From positions 1 to 64,000 of the IMG/VR virus record IMGVR_UViG_3300047160_002455: 64,000 nt of DNA. One strand, written 5' to 3'. Each line of letters opens with the position of its first letter. Within the stretch, counting starts at the first letter, position 1. The stretch comes from a virus. Taxonomy: Duplodnaviria > Caudoviricetes. This document shows positions 46,417-56,075 of the stretch, in pieces. A model generated the notes under the pieces. The model saw only the letters and a program-made list of their open reading frames with translations, did no database searches and was not told the DNA's origin. The translations under genes were made by a program, and so were the position numbers.

Positions 46417-47342
46417 TGGACGCAATGCTCATTACGGGCGCGACCGGTTCGCTCGGCAGCGAGCTAGTTGCCCGGTACTACGACGGGTACGAAGTCTACG
46501 CGCACGGGCGCGATGCGCAGCGTCTGCTCAGGCTGCAAATGCGCTACCCGCGTATTCACTTGGTCCTCGGTGACCTCCGCTGCCACAGTCTACAGGACGC
46601 AATCCGCGCATGTAGAATCGTGGTGCATTGCGCCGCGCAGAAATATGTCGATCTGGCCGAGCAGCATTGCCATTACACCGTCGATACCAACGTCGTGTGT
46701 ACCCATGAGCTGGCCGACTTGGCCGCACGCCAGGGAGTCGACCGGTTCGTGTTCATCAGCACCGACAAGAGCAGTGCCCCAACGAGTATCTACGGTATCA
46801 GCAAATACCTAGCGGAGCGCATCGTTTTGGAATTGAGCGATATTTACACGCAGACTTGCTTCGTCATTTGTCGCTTCGGAAACATCTTCGGGTCCAACGG
46901 CAGCGTCATACGACTGTGGCTGGATGCGGTACGTCGAAATGGCAAGATCAAGGTAACCGACCCCGAAATGACGCGGTTCATGTTCAGCCTGGAGGAAGCA
47001 GCGGCAACGGTGGACTTTGCCTTGAAGCGCGCCAAGACAGGAGACATCATCATCCGCAAGATGCAGAGCGTATGCCTGCGCGACATCATCGCGCTGTTCG
47101 ACGGTGACAAGGTGCAGATCGTCGGCAAACGCCCCGGTGAAAAGACGCACGAAACGCTGTATGTCAGAGGAGAAGTCAACACCGGATACGAGACTGACGA
47201 ATACTACGTGCTCAACCACCGCTCCACGAATCGCTTAAATATGGAAAACCTCGAATCCTCGCAAGTAAGCCGCGTCAGCCCGCAGCGTCTTTTCAGTTGG
47301 TTCGAGAAAGTTGTCCAACAATCCTGGGACAGACTCTTATGA
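46416..47342 (+). CDS. UDP-N-acetylhexosamine 4,6-dehydratase (PseB/CapD-like, Polysacc_synt_2)
   Basis: ITGATGSLG, HCAAQKYV, ISTDK, YGISK, RFGNIFGSNGSVI, TDPEMTRF, GKRPGEKTHE. Confidence 0.9.
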   Translation: MDAMLITGATGSLGSELVARYYDGYEVYAHGRDAQRLLRLQMRYPRIHLVLGDLRCHSLQDAIRACRIVVHCAAQKYVDLAEQHCHYTVDTNVVCTHELADLAARQGVDRFVFISTDKSSAPTSIYGISKYLAERIVLELSDIYTQTCFVICRFGNIFGSNGSVIRLWLDAVRRNGKIKVTDPEMTRFMFSLEEAAATVDFALKRAKTGDIIIRKMQSVCLRDIIALFDGDKVQIVGKRPGEKTHETLYVRGEVNTGYETDEYYVLNHRSTNRLNMENLESSQVSRVSPQRLFSWFEKVVQQSWDRLL

Positions 47343-48112
47343 TTAACCCCCCCGGACTGCACGCGATCATGGTATCCGTGGATTTCTCGGACATCCTCGC
47401 GCTGACCCTGCCCTACAACCGGCATCATTTCGAGAAGGTGACCCTGATTACCAGCAGCGCGGATTATAGGAGCGTGCAAGACATTGCTGATGTCTGCGAT
47501 GCCAGAGTGCTAGTCACCGATCTGTTCTACGCGAACGGCGCGATGTTCAACAAGTGGGCGGCACTGGAATGGGCGCTGGACCAAATCGGCAGGGAGGGGT
47601 GGCTAGTGTTCTTGGACGCGGATATACTCTGGCCCAAAGAAGTGCCCAGTATGCGGGAATACGTCTACATCCCCGGCAATCTCTACGTGCCCCATCGGAG
47701 GATTATGCTCACCGGCTGGAATGCATCGAATGTCTATGATGAATCCGCTTGGGAGCGCAACCATGTCGATCCCGTGAATGAGCACGCGGGGTATTCGCAA
47801 ATCTTCCACTGCAGCGACCCACACCTGGGGGCACCGCCCTGGCATCGGATGGACTACATCCACGCTGGGGTGGCGGACTCGATATTCCAGTTGAAGTGGA
47901 ACCCGATGAATAAGAAGCGACCGCCTTTTCTAGTGTTGCACATCGGTCCAAGCGGGGTGAACTGGTGCGGGCGGGCGATGCCCTATCTGAACGGTGACCC
48001 ACCCATTGAGGCGGCAGAGCGCTTAGCGAAGCTGCGGGACATGCTTTCGAGGCGGTCCAGTCTAGCGGGCAGCATTGACGAACGCTGCGCCCATGAAAGG
48101 ATCAAAAAGTGA
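47339..48112 (+). CDS. GT-A glycosyltransferase-like protein
   Basis: FNKWAALE...VFLDADIL. Confidence 0.7.
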   Translation: MINPPGLHAIMVSVDFSDILALTLPYNRHHFEKVTLITSSADYRSVQDIADVCDARVLVTDLFYANGAMFNKWAALEWALDQIGREGWLVFLDADILWPKEVPSMREYVYIPGNLYVPHRRIMLTGWNASNVYDESAWERNHVDPVNEHAGYSQIFHCSDPHLGAPPWHRMDYIHAGVADSIFQLKWNPMNKKRPPFLVLHIGPSGVNWCGRAMPYLNGDPPIEAAERLAKLRDMLSRRSSLAGSIDERCAHERIKK

Positions 48113-49101
48113 AAGTCGGCACGCTGACTTACGCGACCGATCAAGGTTTGTCGTATCTCGTGAGGGACTTCTACACGCATGGCATCGTCACCGATGTCTT
48201 GATTGTCCGGCATGGGCGGCGCGAAACCCACGAGGATTGGTACCCGCGCTCAACCGTTATCGCTTCGCTCAAGGGTCAGGTTGGAGACATGAGGGACTTC
48301 TGCACTTCGATGGATGCCATGTTATTCTTCGAGACTCCCTTCCGGTGGCGGCTGGTTGAACACTGCCGCCGCGCTGGGGTGCGCACCGTCCTAATGGTTA
48401 TGCACGAATGCTCAGCTGAGAAGCTGGATGAAACCCCCGATGTGATTCTGTGCCCGTCGATGCTAGACCATCGCTGTTTTCCCAACGGTGTGTACATGCC
48501 GGTGCCAGTCGAGGTGCCGTGGCGGTTGCGGACCCATGCCAAGGTGTTTGTCCACAACGCGGGGAACGGTGGTATATTGGGGCGTAACGGCACTAGAGAA
48601 CTCTACGAAGCGCTGCAATACGTCAAGAACCCGATTAAATTGATCTTCCGCGCTCAAGAACAAATCGACGGATTACCCAAGACCCCCGACTGCTGTATTG
48701 AGAACGTCCTGATTGATTACCGTTTCGGCACGCAACCTAAAGAGACGCTCTGGGATGAAGGGGACGTGTTTGTGTTTCCGGAGAAGTTCAACGGTCTGTC
48801 GCTGCCATTGCAGGAAGCCCGCGCCGCTGGAATGCTGGTCATGACAACGAACCGATTCCCGAATAACGAATGGTTGCCGAATGATCCGCTGATTCCAATG
48901 AACGGCACTCACCGCTACCGGATTGGCACTCGCTTCCGGGAATTTGATGTTGCCCGCGTGGACCCGAAGTCGATAGCACAGAGGATGGATGATTGGTATG
49001 GTCAGGATATCAGCGCTTATTCGGCGCAAGGTAGGGTTTGGGCGGAGACACGCTCGTGGGAAGTGCTGAAACCGAAGTATCTGGACGTACTCTGCGCCTA
49101 G
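48109..49101 (+). CDS. GT-B (GT4-like) glycosyltransferase
   Basis: DVFVFPEKFNGLSLPLQEARAAGMLVMTT. Confidence 0.85.
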   Translation: MKVGTLTYATDQGLSYLVRDFYTHGIVTDVLIVRHGRRETHEDWYPRSTVIASLKGQVGDMRDFCTSMDAMLFFETPFRWRLVEHCRRAGVRTVLMVMHECSAEKLDETPDVILCPSMLDHRCFPNGVYMPVPVEVPWRLRTHAKVFVHNAGNGGILGRNGTRELYEALQYVKNPIKLIFRAQEQIDGLPKTPDCCIENVLIDYRFGTQPKETLWDEGDVFVFPEKFNGLSLPLQEARAAGMLVMTTNRFPNNEWLPNDPLIPMNGTHRYRIGTRFREFDVARVDPKSIAQRMDDWYGQDISAYSAQGRVWAETRSWEVLKPKYLDVLCA

Positions 49102-49730
49102 ATGCTGCCTACTACATTAACCTGGACCGGCGCACGGATCGGCAGGCGGCAATGGAGAAGCGCTTGCAGGAATGGCACACTTACAAGGGACTGCCGCCTG
49201 TAGTGCGCGTCCCCGGTGTTGACGAATCCGCGCCGCCCGGTTGGATGAGCGATGGGGCATGGGGCTGTTTCGAGTCGCACCGTCGCTTATTCGGGCAGTT
49301 GGTGGACAAGGGATACCGCAAGGGGGTTCTGGTGTTGGAGGACGATGCCGATATACCCCCAGAATTTCCGGAAAAGGTAATCCGCCTTTTGGAAAACTTC
49401 TTTAAGCACAACCACCCTTGGTCGATGATTTATCTGGGCGGCATTCCCGAAAAGCGCGGGCGCATGGGTGGCACTCTGCTTGAATGGCTACCACGGCGGC
49501 ATTGGGCGCAGGACCAATGTGGAGCAGTAGGGCGGGCATTTCGCGTATCGCGGACCCATGCCTATATTATCCGTGAACCGATCCTGACCGAACTTTGGAA
49601 GCATCTAGCAAATTGTCATAACCTAGACGTGGATACGGCAATTGCGGACTTCACCGAGAGCAACCGCAAGTATCACGCTTACTTCGTGGACATGGTACGG
49701 CAGGACGGCAGCAAGTCGGATTTGAGGTGA
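49038..49730 (+). CDS. GT25-family glycosyltransferase (start uncertain)
   Basis: YYINLDRRTDR, GAWGCFESH, VLVLEDDA, THAYII. Confidence 0.85.
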   Translation: MGGDTLVGSAETEVSGRTLRLDAAYYINLDRRTDRQAAMEKRLQEWHTYKGLPPVVRVPGVDESAPPGWMSDGAWGCFESHRRLFGQLVDKGYRKGVLVLEDDADIPPEFPEKVIRLLENFFKHNHPWSMIYLGGIPEKRGRMGGTLLEWLPRRHWAQDQCGAVGRAFRVSRTHAYIIREPILTELWKHLANCHNLDVDTAIADFTESNRKYHAYFVDMVRQDGSKSDLR

Positions 49731-49733
49731 CCA

Positions 49734-50327
49734 ATGTCGCTGTTACTAGATCGCGCTTACTGCATCAACCTGGACGGGCAGCGAGACCGCTGGTGGGAAA
49801 TAGAGCCGAAGCTAGAGGAGTGGAATCGGAACGAGCGGCTGCCAGAGGTGCAGCGCTTCCCCGGAGTGGACGAGGAAGCACCGCCCGACTGGGAAAGGGG
49901 TGCTGCCTTGTGGGGATGCTTCGAGGCACACCGCCGCCTGCTTGGAAGTATGCGCGGTATTACCAGAGGTGTCTTAATCCTAGAAGACGATGCTGACATC
50001 AAACCGGGTTTTGCCGGTGAGGTCGTTGACATCCTGAGGGAGTTTAAGCGCGCAAGGAGGCAGGACTGGTCGCTAATCTACCTTGGGGGCAAACCACTCA
50101 AGGTATCCCTGGAGAACGTCGGTAAGGCGCAGCGGGCATTTGGTGTGATGCGTCGGCACGCTTACATAATTCGCGAACCGATACTGAGTGCCTTGTATGA
50201 GGATATGAGTACGGCGCGGAACATACCCGGTGACAGCCTGATGGCAACATTCACCGAGAGCCGCGAGAACTATAAGTGCTACTATGTAGACTTGGTCAAG
50301 CAATTAGGAAATGCGAGGGACCAATGA
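49734..50327 (+). CDS. GT25-family glycosyltransferase, paralog of upstream gene
   Basis: YCINLDGQRDR, WGCFEAH, LILEDDA, HAYIIREPIL. Confidence 0.85.
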   Translation: MSLLLDRAYCINLDGQRDRWWEIEPKLEEWNRNERLPEVQRFPGVDEEAPPDWERGAALWGCFEAHRRLLGSMRGITRGVLILEDDADIKPGFAGEVVDILREFKRARRQDWSLIYLGGKPLKVSLENVGKAQRAFGVMRRHAYIIREPILSALYEDMSTARNIPGDSLMATFTESRENYKCYYVDLVKQLGNARDQ

Positions 50328-51235
50328 GAGTGCTCTACATCGCGAAGCACAGTCAGAAGAACAGCAACGATGATGAGGGAGCTATCAGCGATGGATTCAT
50401 CCAGCAGACGCACCGCGTCTTTTCGATACTGGAGAAGGACGTGCGCAAGCACGCGCGCTTTATCCATGCCTGCGGCGCGGACTTCGTGCTGTTCCACAAG
50501 TGGCTGGACATTGCCTTCCTGAAAGAGATCAAAGCGAAGAAAGTTTTCTGGTTCTTCGACTTGGTGGATCAAGAGGACGTACCCGACCGTACCGCGTGGC
50601 GGAAGAATTGGATGGAACAGACGATCCCTCATGTGGACCTGGGATTTTGCACCGATGGGGATTGGGTGGCGAAGGATACCTCAGGGAAGCTAATCAAGCT
50701 GGAGCAAGGGGCGGACGGTCGAATTGCCGGACCTGGAGAGCACGAGGGTAAGACGATCCCGATTCTGTTCACTGGTACGGAAAAGAATTGCGGCACCAAG
50801 CGCGAAAGTTTCGTAGCGGAGATGAAACGCACCTACGGTGACAAATTCGTCCACATCGACAATGGTTGCTACGGCAAGGCATTGGCAAACAAAATCGCAT
50901 CGGCGCAGATTGTGGTCGCGCCGGATTCTCCGCTCAGCGAAGCGTACTGGTCGAACAGGGTTTACATGGCACTAGGATTCGGCGCGTTCATGCTTCACCC
51001 CTACTCTATGCAACTGTCCGATCACTACGAGGATGGGCGCGAGATTGTCTACTACCACAACCGCCCCCATTTGCACGAGCTAATTGCACACTACCTCGAT
51101 CTACCCAAGGAACGGGAGCGCATAGCGAAAGCGGGACTGCTACGAACGTATATTCAGCATCTGTACCTTCACCGGTGCATGACAATGACAAGGATAATCC
51201 GGCAGCGTCTTTATCCAGGCGGGCAAGCGATATGA
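50324..51235 (+). CDS. GT-B glycosyltransferase (CgeB-like)
   Basis: YWSNRVYMALGFGAFML...EIVYY...RERIAKAG. Confidence 0.8.
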   Translation: MRVLYIAKHSQKNSNDDEGAISDGFIQQTHRVFSILEKDVRKHARFIHACGADFVLFHKWLDIAFLKEIKAKKVFWFFDLVDQEDVPDRTAWRKNWMEQTIPHVDLGFCTDGDWVAKDTSGKLIKLEQGADGRIAGPGEHEGKTIPILFTGTEKNCGTKRESFVAEMKRTYGDKFVHIDNGCYGKALANKIASAQIVVAPDSPLSEAYWSNRVYMALGFGAFMLHPYSMQLSDHYEDGREIVYYHNRPHLHELIAHYLDLPKERERIAKAGLLRTYIQHLYLHRCMTMTRIIRQRLYPGGQAI

Positions 51236-51723
51236 ACGAACCGAACACTTATACCCGACCATGTAGCCCCGAAGCGATTGGGGTTGAACGTATCTACTCC
51301 AACTACGACGCGACGATGGAGCAAGTCCTACTCGCTATCGTGGTCCATGCGTGGCACCGTGGACCGGGCACTACGTTCTTCACTGATCCGGAGGAGCAGC
51401 TGCAGCTGGGGCAGATCAACCGCCGCACCGGCGCGGGCATCGACGCCCATTTCCACTGCGCTAAAGAGCGCAAGGTGACACACACTCAGGAGGTGCTGTT
51501 TGTCCGCAGTGGGCAGGTCAAGGTAAATTTCTACGACTACGAAGCGCGCTTCATTGCCAGTCGAGTGCTGGGCGCGGGGGACGTGGTTATGCTCTTAGCG
51601 GGCGGTCACGGTTTCCATGCCCTCGATGAACTGGACATGATTGAGGTGAAACAAGGTCCATACCTCGCAGATCAAGACAAGGTCTATCTCAACGTCAAGC
51701 ATGGTTGTACTGCAGGGGGCTAG
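51232..51723 (+). CDS. Cupin protein of polysaccharide-biosynthesis clusters
   Basis: FFTDPE.QLQLG...HFH...TQEVLFVRSG...GGHGF...IEVKQGPY. Confidence 0.75.
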   Translation: MNEPNTYTRPCSPEAIGVERIYSNYDATMEQVLLAIVVHAWHRGPGTTFFTDPEEQLQLGQINRRTGAGIDAHFHCAKERKVTHTQEVLFVRSGQVKVNFYDYEARFIASRVLGAGDVVMLLAGGHGFHALDELDMIEVKQGPYLADQDKVYLNVKHGCTAGG

Positions 51724-51725
51724 AC

Positions 51726-51824
51726 ATGACTTTGTTTTTGCTAATCGCGCTTGCTACGATTATGCTGGCTGCCTTGGTCCTAGTAATCGTGCTTGCTCTG
51801 TTTGGCAACGAACGGGACGATTAA
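51726..51824 (+). CDS. Single-TM peptide (32 aa)
   Basis: MTLFLLIALATIMLAALVLVIVLALFGNERDD. Confidence 0.5.
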   Translation: MTLFLLIALATIMLAALVLVIVLALFGNERDD

Positions 51825-52814
51825 ATGGAAGCGTACCAATTGCTAGAGCGGGAGTTCGCGGAGTTTAACCAAGTCAGCCCCGATCACATGGTTGTCTGTT
51901 CATCGGGGACTGCCGCCTTGCACTTGGCACTGGAGACAACCCGCGCCGTAATGCCTGACGCGCAGGTGCTGGTGCCCAGTTTTTCGATGATTGCCTGCGC
52001 GCGGGCGGTCTCATTAGCGGGCGGTGACCCAGCTTTCATGGACTGTGACGAACAGCTGCTAGTCACTCCAGATACGGCAATGCCCGCATACACGCAAGCG
52101 CTGCTGAGAAGCTACGTGTCGGCAATGATGCCCGTCCATGTCTACGGTCGGAAGTGCGACATGGAAGGCATCCATGAGTTTGCCAAGGCGCGGGCGCTGA
52201 CGGTAGTCGAGGATTTAGCGGAGGCACATGGCATCCGCCCACACCCTGAAAGTCAGGCAGCGTGCTGGAGTTTTTACAAAAACAAGATTGTTCACGGTGA
52301 AGAGGGCGGCGCGTGTTGGTTTGTGTCGAGGGTCGATGCCGACCGGGCGCGCTCACTCCGCAATCTGGGGTTCACCCCCGCGCACGATTTCCGGCATCTA
52401 CCGCGAGGTCACAACTACCGGCTGGCAAACCTGCTAGCCGAACCGATCCGCGCCAATTTGGGCAACTATGCCTACCATTTGCAATGCCGCCGCGAATGGG
52501 AAGCGGATTACGATGCCGCCTGCCCTGCCGATTGGAAAATGCCCGCGCGACAAGCACCGTGGGTTTATGACATTCGCATTCAAGGTATGACGGGGTCGGA
52601 ACAGGATAGTGTAGTAGCGGAGTTGAACAAGGCGGGCATCGCGGCGCGGCACAGCTTCAAACCGGGCACTTCCCAGTTAGAGTATCGAGGGTGCAAGGGG
52701 AACGGTGACGCGGCGCGTGCTGCCTCAAGGGAGGTGATTTACCTACCGTTGACGCTGGGACAAGTGGACCCGAAGAAAGCATTCGGGGTCATTCGCACGG
52801 TGCTAGGGAGATGA
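51825..52814 (+). CDS. DegT/DnrJ/EryC1/StrS sugar aminotransferase
   Basis: SSGTAALHLAL, VHVYG, VEDLAEAHG, SFYKNKIVHGEEGG. Confidence 0.92.
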   Translation: MEAYQLLEREFAEFNQVSPDHMVVCSSGTAALHLALETTRAVMPDAQVLVPSFSMIACARAVSLAGGDPAFMDCDEQLLVTPDTAMPAYTQALLRSYVSAMMPVHVYGRKCDMEGIHEFAKARALTVVEDLAEAHGIRPHPESQAACWSFYKNKIVHGEEGGACWFVSRVDADRARSLRNLGFTPAHDFRHLPRGHNYRLANLLAEPIRANLGNYAYHLQCRREWEADYDAACPADWKMPARQAPWVYDIRIQGMTGSEQDSVVAELNKAGIAARHSFKPGTSQLEYRGCKGNGDAARAASREVIYLPLTLGQVDPKKAFGVIRTVLGR

Positions 52815-52847
52815 AAAGACCGCGCTCTCGGATTGCGTTTTATTCCA

Positions 52848-53222
52848 TTAAAGGTGACCACAATTCCGAGGCGCGGTTCCCAGCGTCCTTACTGTCTTCC
52901 TTCTCCTTTTCACCGGGGCATACACACCAACGCGCACGCGCCGTATGCGCCCCTCTTGAGCCAGACCCTTGAGCGACTCCTGAACGGTTATCAACCGCCC
53001 CCTGGCAACCAGCTGGGAAATCGGTGGATAGGGCTGTCCTCTATCGGGACCGTAGCGCTTGCGGTCACAGCGGATTGCCCGCCGCGCCTTGATGACGCAG
53101 CGTGACGCTTCCAAGTATTTGCTGACTTTCGCTAGCACCGCAAACGTGGTGGCGACGCCCAGTTCCTCCACCGCCGCGACAATGCGACTCGAAAGTGATT
53201 CGGGGTTTATTATTGGCGGCAT
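52848..53222 (-). CDS. Basic wHTH-like protein (one module)
   Basis: Paralogous to both halves of 53372..54001; GRIRRVRVGVYAP. Confidence 0.6.
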   Translation of the reverse strand: MPPIINPESLSSRIVAAVEELGVATTFAVLAKVSKYLEASRCVIKARRAIRCDRKRYGPDRGQPYPPISQLVARGRLITVQESLKGLAQEGRIRRVRVGVYAPVKRRRKTVRTLGTAPRNCGHL

Positions 53223-53324
53223 GGTTCCTGTTTCCCCATTAAAAAACCCACCAGGGGACCGTTACCCGGATTGGGACGACGAACACTGCCTAAATAACGG
53301 TACACCCTGGTGGGCGGCAAGAGC

Positions 53325-53350
53325 GGGCGCACACACCATTGTGTGCGCCC
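53325..53350. other. Perfect 11-bp hairpin GGGCGCACACA-CCAT-TGTGTGCGCCC
   Basis: Intergenic between the two wHTH paralogs; no U-tract. Confidence 0.55.
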
Positions 53351-53371
53351 CGGCATGGCACGGCACGGACC

Positions 53372-54001
53372 CTAACTCACTTTTAGTCTGAACAAGCGCG
53401 GCAGCGGCGGTCCGTATACTCCGCGCCGCACTCTGCGAATTTTGCCTCTCAGAGCGAGACTCTTGAGCGCCGCGATCACTTTCACCCGGCGTCCATTTTG
53501 TACGAACCAAGCGGCGGTATGGACACCCCCCGCCTTGATATTGTGTCGCTTCAGATCATGCTTGTACTGAGTCCGCGCGTAGGCAGCAGCTTCCGCTGCC
53601 GGGATGCTCGAACCGACGAAACCGATAAGCCGCGTCGTGCTGCACTCCCCGTGGTCGAGGAGTGCCTGCACGAGACGCTTACTAAGGTTCTTCGGTCGAA
53701 TGGGAGCGTAGATTCCTCTACGGATACGCTTCACTCTGCCCCGCTGTTTCAGTGACATCAAAGTTAGTATCACCAGGAGGTACTTGCCCCTGGCAACCTG
53801 ACGGTCCAGGGGAATAGGACGCGGACGTTTCACCGGGCGTCTAGCGGCATCGTTGCGGCGGCAGCGCTGTGCCGCCTGCACCGCTCTGGACGCGGGGATG
53901 TATTTGGAAACCATGCTCAGCACTTGTGCTGGAGTCGATCTGCCCCTACATGCCACCGCGTCCAGAATCAACTGGTAGAGCGGTTTGGGTTTGGAGGTCA
54001 T
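53372..54001 (-). CDS. Basic wHTH-like protein (two modules)
   Basis: RGRVKRIRRGIYAP and RGKIRRVRRGVYGP. Confidence 0.6.
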   Translation of the reverse strand: MTSKPKPLYQLILDAVACRGRSTPAQVLSMVSKYIPASRAVQAAQRCRRNDAARRPVKRPRPIPLDRQVARGKYLLVILTLMSLKQRGRVKRIRRGIYAPIRPKNLSKRLVQALLDHGECSTTRLIGFVGSSIPAAEAAAYARTQYKHDLKRHNIKAGGVHTAAWFVQNGRRVKVIAALKSLALRGKIRRVRRGVYGPPLPRLFRLKVS

Positions 54002-54981
54002 ACTGCCTCCTGCTGCTTCGGCGGCACCCCCAATCCGAACAGGGATACTAAACGGGTTACAACGTCCTGAGCCATGTCCCGCGTCGAGGCATACTCTGCC
54101 TGCCCTTGCGGGCGAAGTGCCGACCGCTCCTTGTAATCCTCGAACAGATGCTGGAGCGCGCTCAGGTGCCGCAACAGTTGCATACGCGGACCCGCTGCCT
54201 GACGCAAGCGACCGCCCTTTGTGACGGCGCGACGGATGCGTACTGCTTCGCTCTCTGCGAAGTCATCAATTGCCTTCAGTTTCTTGGTACTGTCCCGCGC
54301 TGCTTGGACACGGTCAACCAGCGTCTTCACCACTTCGCTTGTAATGCCACTGTTGCTGACCAGCTTGCCCGCCTTAACCAAGACATCCTCTCCGAGATTC
54401 TGGAGGGGCGACAGTGCGAACAAGCAATGATCTGCCATTGCCGGATTGATGCGGACGTTGTTCTTGTTCAAGATGTCGCGGATCTCAGCAGTCTTGACGT
54501 GCCGCTGGAGATTGTGGACGTTGACGCCCCACTCCTTTGCCGCTTCCGTGAGAGGCAGCCCGTATTTCCTGACGAAACTCAGGGCATGTTCCATTGCCTC
54601 TGCGGGCGTCAAGCGACGCCCATTGACTGAGTTGTTAAACGTCCATGTCAGTCGATCCGCAACCTGCTGGTCTTTTGTGTCCAACAGGTACGCATCGGTG
54701 CGCTTCCAGTTGTTCTTGCGCTTGGCAGCCAAATTGTGATTCCCATCAACGGGAATCCACCTCCCCTTGCCGGGACGCCATAAGACGACCGGTGGGAATT
54801 GGTCCCCATCTTTCATCCTCAGCGCATAAGCGTTCACCAGGTCATCATCCAGGGGCATCTCCAAGCGCGCTTGGTTTTGAAGCCCCTTCTGATAGTCGAT
54901 CTCTGCCATGTCGAACTTCTCGACATACTCCCACTTCACTCCCTGATTCGCGAGCGCTTGCTCGTAAGTCGGGTTCCTCAT
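53998..54981 (-). CDS. ParB/Srx-like N-terminal domain protein
   Basis: FPPVVLW...IPVDGNHNLAA; strong SD aggagg. Confidence 0.75.
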   Translation of the reverse strand: MRNPTYEQALANQGVKWEYVEKFDMAEIDYQKGLQNQARLEMPLDDDLVNAYALRMKDGDQFPPVVLWRPGKGRWIPVDGNHNLAAKRKNNWKRTDAYLLDTKDQQVADRLTWTFNNSVNGRRLTPAEAMEHALSFVRKYGLPLTEAAKEWGVNVHNLQRHVKTAEIRDILNKNNVRINPAMADHCLFALSPLQNLGEDVLVKAGKLVSNSGITSEVVKTLVDRVQAARDSTKKLKAIDDFAESEAVRIRRAVTKGGRLRQAAGPRMQLLRHLSALQHLFEDYKERSALRPQGQAEYASTRDMAQDVVTRLVSLFGLGVPPKQQEAV

Positions 54982-55041
54982 AACTCCTCCTAACTAGGTT
55001 AAACGTCGGAACACTATTGTAAGCCCACCAGCCCACAAAAG

Positions 55042-55518
55042 CTAGTGGCTGAGTCTCAGTTTTCCATCGTACCCGGCATCGCGGGCAGCACGGCACGCGG
55101 CACAGCGACACCGATGCGTCACTAGGTTTAATTCGTAGCCGCTGCCAAGCGTGTCGATGCCGGTTTCCCCGGCGCGGTGCCGCACAAAATACTCCGTGTG
55201 TCGGTCGGCAGTTTGCCGCCACCATGCCGCAACATGCGCTGGTTGCACGGCAGCCATTGCCGCCACTGTCTCGTGGACTTTGGACCGATGGTCGATTACG
55301 CGCCGGTCCACTTGAGTAGGACCGCCCGCCACCCCGCGAAACCGTTGGGCACTTGCAAAAGTGAATTGCTCCCCAGTCTCGACATCGGTGACATCGTAGG
55401 CAATCGCGCCGCCACGCTCGCTATCCGTCGTGCGGATCGCATCCAAGCGGACAATAACGCGCCTGCCCAATGCCTTCGCTTGGTACCTGCCTCCGATTTC
55501 CAGGTCGCGCTTATTCAT
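55042..55518 (-). CDS. Hypothetical protein (SH3-like N-terminus)
   Basis: DLEIGGRYQAK...IAYDVTDVETG. Confidence 0.5.
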   Translation of the reverse strand: MNKRDLEIGGRYQAKALGRRVIVRLDAIRTTDSERGGAIAYDVTDVETGEQFTFASAQRFRGVAGGPTQVDRRVIDHRSKVHETVAAMAAVQPAHVAAWWRQTADRHTEYFVRHRAGETGIDTLGSGYELNLVTHRCRCAACRAARDAGYDGKLRLSH

Positions 55519-55640
55519 CCAATTCTTCTCCTACCCCACGAGCATCGCAACAGTCGACGCGAACCGATGAACTCGGATCGGCGACGGCACGTGGCAGTGC
55601 AAGGGTTGGCTGAACAAAGTTCGAGCCACTACCGGAAAGA

Positions 55641-56075
55641 CTATCTTCGTTCGCTTCGGGTGCGGCGTGTGACGGCAGCCCTCGCACGCTCAAGATTGTC
55701 GCTGATAGCTTCCTGCACAACGCGCGGGATGTCGACTACCTTAACTTGCAGCGTTGCACCCGGCTGGGAAACCGTCGCACCAGAGCTCAGCTGGACGGGC
55801 TCAGATTCGCGAGTTTCAATGGCCATGGTCTCATGTTCATACCATGCGCGCCACCCCGACAGGATTTTCTCGACACCAGTGAGACCCAGCGGACCCGCTA
55901 GCTTGAGGCACGGGTTCGGTGAGTCCGGTTCCAAGATGGCGGCGGTTCCCTTGAACGATGCACCGCAGTTCATGACGGCATCGACAACCACAGCGGGTGC
56001 CGGTTCTGTCCATGATTCGGGTACATCCGCTGCTTCTTTCAGACAGCGAACGAATCGAAACGTGTACTTGCCCAT
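55641..56075 (-). CDS. Hypothetical protein
   Basis: Operon continuity with SD. Confidence 0.45.
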   Translation of the reverse strand: MGKYTFRFVRCLKEAADVPESWTEPAPAVVVDAVMNCGASFKGTAAILEPDSPNPCLKLAGPLGLTGVEKILSGWRAWYEHETMAIETRESEPVQLSSGATVSQPGATLQVKVVDIPRVVQEAISDNLERARAAVTRRTRSERR

